Below are positions 56,535 to 64,000 of a stretch of 64,000 bases of DNA, piece after piece; the stretch's first letter is position 1, and every line of letters starts with the position of its first letter. The stretch comes from Heteronotia binoei. Lineage: Eukaryota. The position numbers were made by a program, and so were the translations under genes. Below the pieces are notes generated by a model, which ran no database searches, was not told the DNA's origin, and worked only from the letters and a program-made list of their open reading frames with translations. The stretch lies in assembly GCF_032191835.1 (NCBI RefSeq), contig NC_083223.1, forward strand, positions 257,610,001 through 257,674,000, in the 5' to 3' direction.

Positions 56535-59500
56535 TTAAGCTGTGCCTTGCAAGAGGCGAGAGCCTTTGGCGTGAGCTAAAGGGCTCTTAGCCTGGCGGCT
56601 GTGTAAGGACCAGGAACCCAGATTCCTTGTGTTCCCAATAAGGTAAGTAGACTCTCCAGGCGGGGAGCCACATAAACAAACAGAGTTTAAAAGGGGACTG
56701 CCTATTTTTAAAAAGCTATCATGAAGGTAGAATGCCAGCAGGGGGGTGGGGGCTTTCCAGTGTTTTGCATTGAGTGTCACATGTATGACTGTCTGCCCAC
56801 AGGACAGAAGTCTTGGGTGTGTGCTCGATGCAAGGAGCCCCTGGTCCTCAGGGAACGAGTACATACCCTTGAGGCTGAGGTGACTGATCTGGAGAAGCAG
56901 AGACAGTCAGTTAGGCACTCACAGAAGACTCTCGGGACGTGATAGATGAGCCCCGCTCTGAACGTGGCAGCCACGTTGCTGCCAGGGAGCATGAGGGTCG
57001 AGAGGGAACAGGGCACCGGGCTGAGGATAATGGGAATGCGCCCTCAGAAGGGACCTCTTCTTTGGTTGGTGAGGGGGAATCCTTTCGCGCCAAGGGACCA
57101 TCCCTGGGCAGGGAGAGAGGGGGGGTCTTGGTAGTTGGTAATTCGATCCTTAGGCAAGTAGACAGCTGGGTGGCAAAACCGCGTACTGACCGTATGGTGA
57201 CTTGCCTGCCTGGTCGAAGGTAGTGGACATTACGCGTGTCGTAGATAGGCTGATAGACAGTGCTGGGGAGGAGCCAGTGGTCGTGGTGCATGTTGGCACC
57301 AACGATGTGGGGAAATGCAGTCGTGAGGTCCTGGAGGAAAAATTTAGGCTGCTAGGCGGGAGACTTAAGGCCAGGACCTCCAAGGTAGCCTTCTCAGAAG
57401 TGCTTTTTGTTCCATGTGCAGGGCTGGAGAGACAGGCACAAATTAGAAGTCTCAATGTGTGGATGAGACGATGGTGTAAGGAGGAAGGGTTTAAGTTTGT
57501 TAGGCACTGGGATGCTTTCTGGAACAAGCGGGAGCTGTACAAAAGAGACGGTCTCCACTTGTCCCCCGATGGAACCAGGCTGCTGGCGCTTAAAATCAAA
57601 AAGACGGCAAAGCAGTTTTTAAACTAAATCTTGGGGCAAAGCCGACAGGAGATGAAATGTCTCTGGTTCAGGAGGACTCATCTCAAAGAGATGAAAGGTT
57701 AGCTGTTACTTTTCTACCGGGTAATGGATCAGAGTTGTCCACTGAGATGGTGACACACAGAATGGACTGCCTGCCAGAGTCTCGAGGCGGCAGGAGGAAG
57801 GTGGCGGGCCTAGCTTGCCTGGGAAATTATAGATGTTTGTACACAAATGCTGGAAGTCTTCAAAGTAAAATTGGTGAGTTGGAATGTTTAATGTTGGGAG
57901 AAAACATAGACATTGTGGGAATTTCAGAAACTTGGTGGAATGAGGAGAATCAGTGGGACACGGTGATTCCTGGAAATAAGTTATACTGGAAGGATAGGGA
58001 GGGAAGGGTTGGAGGTGGAGTGGCTCTGTATGTCAGAGAGGGCATACAGTCCAGTAAGACTGAGGTCAGAGAATTAGACTCCCTTCTAGAAATGCTTTGG
58101 GTTGAAATAGAGGGCCCAAAAGGCAATTTAACTATGGGAGTTTGTTATCACCCACCAAATTAAAAGATAGAGGATGACTATAATATGATGGAAGGCTTAA
58201 AGATGGTGGCTAGACTTAAAAACAGTGTCGTCATAGGTGATTTTAAGTTGTAAAAGGTAAGAAGGACTCCTTTAAGCAGTGGAAAGCTAGTCCAAGTGAA
58301 ATTAATAAAAGGGAACACAGGCAGTGGCAAATCAAATGCAAGTGGCAAATCAAATGCAAGACTGTGATCAGGCAGGCAAAAAGGGTCTATGAGGAGCATA
58401 TTGCAAAAAAACATAAAGACCAACAATAAAAATTTCTTCAAATATATTAGAAGCAGAAACCAGCCAAAGAGGCAGTGGGGACCTTGCATGACCAAGGAGT
58501 CAAAGGATTACTGAAGGAGGATAGGGAAAAGGTTGAGAAGCTGAATGCATTTTTTGCCTCCGTCTTCACTGTGGAAGATGAGAAGTGTTTGCCTGCTCCA
58601 GAACCACTTATATTGGAAGGGGTGTTGAAAGACCTGAGTCAGATTGAGGTGACAAGAGAGGAGGTCCTACAACTGATAGACGAATTAAAAACTAATAAGT
58701 CACCAGGTCCGGATGGCATACATCCAAGAGTTCTGAAAGAACTCAAAGCTGAACTTGTGGATCTTTTGACAAAAATATGTAATCTTTTGTTGAAATCTGC
58801 CTCCGTTCCTGAGGACTGGAAGGTAGCAAATGTCACCCCCATCTTTAAAAAGGGTTCCAGAGGAGATCCGGGTAACTACAGGCCAGTCAGTCTGGCTTCA
58901 ATACCGGGAAAGTTGGTAGAAAGCATTATCAAGGACAGAATGAGTAGGCACATTGATGAACACAAGTTATTGAGGAAGTCTCAGCATGAGTTCTGTAAGG
59001 GAAGATCTTGCCTCACTAACCTGTTACATTTCTTTGAGGGGGTGAACAAACATGTGGACAAAGGAGACTCGATAGATATTGTTTACCTTGGCTTCCAGAA
59101 AGCTTTTGATAAAGTTCCTCATCAAAGGCTCCTTAGAAAGCTCGAGAGTCATGGAGTAAAAGGACAGGTCCTCTTGTGGATCAAAAACTGGCTAATTAAT
59201 AGGAAGCAGAGAGTGAGTATAAATGGGCAGTCTTCGCAGTGGAGAACGGTAAGCAGTGGAGTGCCACAGGGCTCAGTACTGGGTCCCATGCTCTTTAACT
59301 TGTTCATAAATGATTTGGAGTTGAGAGTAGGCAGTGAAGTGGCCAAGTTTGCGGATGACACTAAATTGTTCAGGGTGGTGAGAACCAGAGAGGATTGTGA
59401 GGAACTCCAAAGGGATCTGTTGAGGCTGGGTGAGTGGGCGTCAACGTGGCAGATGATGTTCAGTGTGGCCAAGTGCAAAGTAATGCACATTGGGGCCAAG

Positions 59501-60185
59501 AATCCCAGCTACAAATACAAGTTGATGGGGTGTGAACTGGCGGAGACTGATCAAGAGAGAGATCTTGGGGTCATGGTAGATAACTCACTGAAAATGTCAA
59601 GACAGTGTGCGATTGCAATAAAAAAGGCCAACGCCATGCTGGGAATTATTAGGAAGGGAATTGAAAACAAATCAGCCAGTATCATAATGCCCCTGTATAA
59701 ATCGATGGTGCGGTCTCATTTGGAATACTGTGTGCAATTCTGGTCACCGCACCTCAAAAAGGATATTATAGCATTGGAAAAAGTCCAGAAAAGGGCAACT
59801 AGAATGATTACAGGTTTGGAACACTTTCTCTATGAAGAAGGGTTAAAACGCTTGAGGCTCTTTAGCTTGGAGAAACGTTGACTGCGGGGTGACATGATAG
59901 AGGTTTACAAGATTGTGCATGGGATAGAGAAGGTAGAGAAAGAAGTACTTTTCTCCCTTTCTCACAATACAAGAACTCGTGGGCATTCAATGAAATTGCT
60001 GGGCAGTCGGGTTAGAATGGATGAAAGGAGGTACTTCTTCACCAAAAGGGTGATTAACATGTGGAATTCACTGCCACAGGAGGTGGTGGCAGCTACAAGC
60101 ACAGCCAGCTTCAAGAGGGGGTTAGATAAAAATATGGAGCAGAGGTCCATCAGTGCTATTAGCCACAGTGTGTATATATATGTAT
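56535..60185 (+). mobile_element. Near full-length, disrupted CR1 LINE (ORF1 zinc finger plus SGNH esterase; ORF2 APE plus RT)
   Basis: ORF1 pieces: CIECHM...CARC; VLVVGNS; HVGTND; DGLHL, with frameshifts. ORF2: APE (CLYTNA, ISETWW, GGGVALYV, GVCYHPPN, IGDF) with a stop at 58161-58163 and an apparent deletion near 58250. RT 58475-59881 with FADDTKL. Confidence 0.95.
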
Positions 60186-60668
60186 ACTGACTGATTTGAT
60201 CTTCTGGCAGTCCAAGGGACTCTCAAGATTCTTCTCTAGCACCACATCTCAAAAGCATCTATTCTTCTGTGCTCGGCCTTCCTTATGGTCCAGCTGTCAC
60301 ATCCATACATTACTATTGGGAATACCATAACTTTGACTATACAGACTTTTGTTGGCAGGGTGATGTCTCTACTTTTTATTATACTGCCCAGGTTTGCCAT
60401 AGCTGTCCTCCCAAAGAACAAGTGTCTTTTAATTTCATAGCTACAGTCACCATCTGCAGTGATCATAGATCCCAGAAATATGAAGTCTGTCACTACCCCT
60501 ATGTCTTCCCCTTCTATTTGCCAAGGTGTGATGGGGCCAGATGCCATGATCTTAGGTTTTTTGATGCTGAGTTTCAAGCCTACTTTTGTGCTCTCCTCTT
60601 TCACCCTCAACAAGAGGTTCTTTAGGTCCTCCTCACTTTCTGCCGTTAGAGTGGTATCATGTGCATAT
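60186..60668 (-). mobile_element. RTE-BovB LINE internal fragment (ORF2 C-terminal region)
   Basis: Minus frame VKEESTKVGLKLSIKKPKIM...FIFLGSMITADGDCSYEIKR...YGCDSWTIRKAEHRRIDAFEMWC. Confidence 0.9.
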
Positions 60669-63657
60669 CCAGGGTTTCTAGGTGAGGATATCCCAACATG
60701 GTACTCATGGGCCCCTTGGCCTCTCCTAGTACTTTCCCCTGATGCCCACCAAGCTTTTCAGAAAGTAAATGGTGTCTGGGGACTTTGGGGGTGGAGCCAG
60801 GAGCAAAGTTGTGACAAGCATATTTGAACTCCAAAAGGAGTTCTGGCCATCACATTTAAAGGGACCACACACCTTTCAAATGCCTTCCCTCCATTGGAAA
60901 TAATGAAGGATAGAGGCACCTTCTTTTGGGGCTCATAAAATTGGACACCCTGGTCCAATCCTTTTGAAACTTGGAGGGTATTTTGGGGAGAGGCACTGGA
61001 TGCCATGTTGAAAATGTGGTGCCTCCACCCCAAAAAACAGTCCCCCCAGATGCCCATTGATCAATTTTCCAGGAAGTGCCCAGCATAATTCCCCCCCCCC
61101 GCTTTCTGATGATCCTGAAGCGGGGGCTGGGCCTCCAAACTGAGGGATCCCCTTCCTCCAGCTGGAGATTGGCAGCCCTACTTGTGATGCAGAGGCCGGC
61201 AAAGGCAAACCACCTCTGAAAGGTCTCTTGCCTTCAAAAACAACCCTAGCTTGCCACCTAGTGGTACATAATGCTAAAAGAGCTAGAACTTCTGGCTACC
61301 AGATAATCTTAGGATCTCAGGGCTATACTACACCCACTGCCATACAATAATTAATTAATGGTTTGTATTGACAATAGCTTAAAACTCGGAATGTGGTTCA
61401 CGTTTTCAAACACAGAAACAAACTATAAGTCATCTTTTGTTTTCTACATGCACAAACCTCTGGAAGTAGAATGATGGTACTGATTCTGGGTTGTCAATTT
61501 AGCAATCGCATCAAAACATACATAGTCCCAATAAGCACAGTTTGTAAGCCCCCTTTGAACCAGAGCTTTTGATTCTGGTGTACCAGCCATTTGCAAGTCG
61601 TGGTTGGTCTTTTGGGACACTGCCCCGGCCCTAACCATAAGCAACCCTGGCTACAGCTTGGTGGTACCTGAACTGAGGCTGTGTTTTGTTAGGCAATTTG
61701 ACGCAGCCTCCTCATCTCAGTTGCTGACTGGTGTCACATGACTGTAAGGTATCTGTGTACTTGTTGGGCATAACCTATCCACTTTCTATACATGTGACTT
61801 CTGAATCAAGCCACAATGCCTCTGCTACAATCAGACTTTCTTAGCCATGATCATGTCACATCTTTTGCTTAAATCTTTATTCTGACTCCCCTTAACCCTG
61901 TCTCAACATTAAGCTTCTAGTCTGGTGGACTAGAACTTTTAAAGGCTCTGCACTCACCTTGCCTCATCTGTGATTTTTCTTGTCTTCCATCCTCTTTTCT
62001 GTGCAGGCTCAGCTGTCTTTAGCACAGAACTACCCGTAAAATTAGGACTGCTGAATTCAATTCAATTCAAGAAATATCTGGGGACTTTGGGGGGTGGAGC
62101 CAGGAGACATTGGGGTGGAGCCAGGAGCAAAGTTGTGACAAGCATAATTGAATTCAAAGGGGAGTTCTGCCATCACATTTAAAGGGACCACACACCTTTT
62201 AAACGCCTTCCCTCCGTTGGAAATAATGAAGGATGGGGCACCTTCTTTGGAGATTCATAGAGTTGGATCCCCTAGTCCAATCCTTTTGAAACTTGGAGGG
62301 TCTTTCAGGAAGAAGCACTGGATGCTATGCTGAAAATTTGGTGCCTCTACCTCAAAAACAGCAAACCCCCCCCCCCAGAGCCCCAGATAACCATGGATCA
62401 ATTCTCCATTATACCCTACAGGAATTGGTCTCCATAGAGAATAATGGAGTGCCCAGCAGACATTTCCCTCCCCCCCTTGCTTTTTTTTGAGGGCCTCCAA
62501 ACTGGGAGATCCCCTGCCCCCACATGGGTATTGGCAACCCTACATAAAATAGATCCAGCTAGAACGAAATATTTTAAATCTCTAGTGATTTTAAGTGGAA
62601 GAGATTTGTATGGTTGTGTTTACTCAGAAGTAAGTTCTACAATATGATGTCCAAAGGAAGTGTGCATAGGACTAGAGATGTAACATTTCTGGACATTCTG
62701 AAGCCCAGGGGGAAAAGTGGGCATTTGTAGAAAAATGGAAACTTTTGGGGGGAAATTAAATATACACAATACTTATTATCCTATCAAACCTAAATTTCTA
62801 TTACTGAAATTAATGAAAATTGAAAACTCACTTTATTTTCTAGTCTGCGTCAAGGGGGATTACAAAATTAAAATTTAAAAATACAATTGAAGCAGTATAA
62901 TACTTAAAATAAGGAAAGGAAAGGTCCCCTGTGCAAGCACCAGTCGTTTCTGACTCTGGGGTGATGCTGCTTTTACAACGTTTTCACGGCAGACTTTTTA
63001 TGGGGTGGTTTGCCATTGCCTTCCCCAGTCATCTACACTTCCCCCCCAGCAAGCTTGGAAGGATGGAAGGCCGAGTCAACTTCGAGCCAGCTACCTGAAA
63101 ACCCAGCTTCCACCGGGGATCAAACTCAGGTCATGAGCAGAGCTTAGGACTGCAGTACTGCAGCTTTAACACTCTGCGCCATGGGGCTCTTCAATTTACA
63201 ATAAAAAACGTGGTAAAAAACTGGATTGTGTAATTAGAGAACAATACAATAAAATTGTATTTCAGAATTAGGGGGATGTACGATAGGGGACAGCCCCATG
63301 ACACAGAGTGGTAAAGCTGCAGTACTGCAGTCCTAAACTCTGCTCACGATCTGAGTTCGATCCTGGCGGAAGCTGGGTGTTCAGGTAGCTGGCTCAAGGT
63401 TGACTCAGCCTTCCATCCTTCTGAGGTTGGTAAAATGAGTACCCAGCTTGCTGGGGGGAAAGTGTAGATGACTGGGGAAGTAAATGGCAAACCACCCCAT
63501 TAAAAAGTCTGCCGTGAAAATGTCGTGATGCGACGTCACCCCAGAGTCGGAAATGACTGGTGCTTGCACAGTGGACTACCTTTATCTTTTTAACCTTTTT
63601 ACAATAGAGGAAGTGCAATAAACACAGGATAATGTACACACTAAACAATGCTGTCAG

Positions 63658-64000
63658 TGTTAGGTACTGCAACTGCATGATCTGGGAGGGAAAGGGTTAA
63701 GAGAATTATCTTCCTCAGGTACCCTGAGCAGTCCTGCTCCCACCCCGCATTGGTTAGATATTGAGCCTCTTTGGACCCTTGCTTGCCTTCCATTTCATCT
63801 TATATAAGACCTCTCTTCTTCTTCTCTCTCTCACCCGGGCTTGGAGCTGTAACAAGTTAATTTTTTTGAAGTTAATCTGTTCACAATAAGTTAAATGTGT
63901 CCCTATATGAATACGTCATGTAAGATGTGCTTCTATTTCTGTAAGTAAAAATTCTCTCGTTACCACTGGAGTTATAATATCTTTGTCATTTGTTGAAACA
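63658..64000 (+). mobile_element. Possible LTR running to or past the window end
   Basis: Starts TGTTAG, contains ATTGG, TATATAAG and an AGTAAA-like signal in LTR-like order. The right end and TSD cannot be checked. Confidence 0.35.

Noticed and set aside
62011-62039. Candidate DACT exon after a strong pyrimidine tract
   Set aside because: Only 29 nt with a weak donor and no Dapper similarity.

Overview
Repeat-rich vertebrate genomic DNA with two assembly gaps (49170-49318, 52390-52616). The SINE complement (Sauria-type, MIR-headed/L2-tailed, 5S-derived) points to a squamate reptile, probably a gecko; this is inference. Three host genes are supported. (1) ZBTB3 on +, single coding exon 18413-19807, behind a CCAAT-rich CpG promoter at ~16.4-16.9 kb. 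(2) A complete four-exon LC3C-like ATG8 gene on -, join(37226-37265, 36934-36989, 32764-32870, 30880-31042), 121 aa, missed by the ORF track. Its reading frame stops directly after the lipidation glycine (...SQEVFG*). (3) The first coding exon of a Dapper-family gene on + (42277-42453), most likely DACT4, head-to-head with the LC3-like gene; its later exons were not found. A possible fourth, unrecognised minus-strand gene starts at 14243. The left end holds an apparently intact DIRS1-type tyrosine-recombinase retrotransposon (649-6430, -) with three open ORFs, inverted termini and an internal complementary region. The rest is CR1, L2, L1, RTE-BovB and Penelope fragments, hAT-type MITEs, SINEs, a solo LTR and several nested insertions. 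No prokaryotic features or CRISPR arrays were seen.
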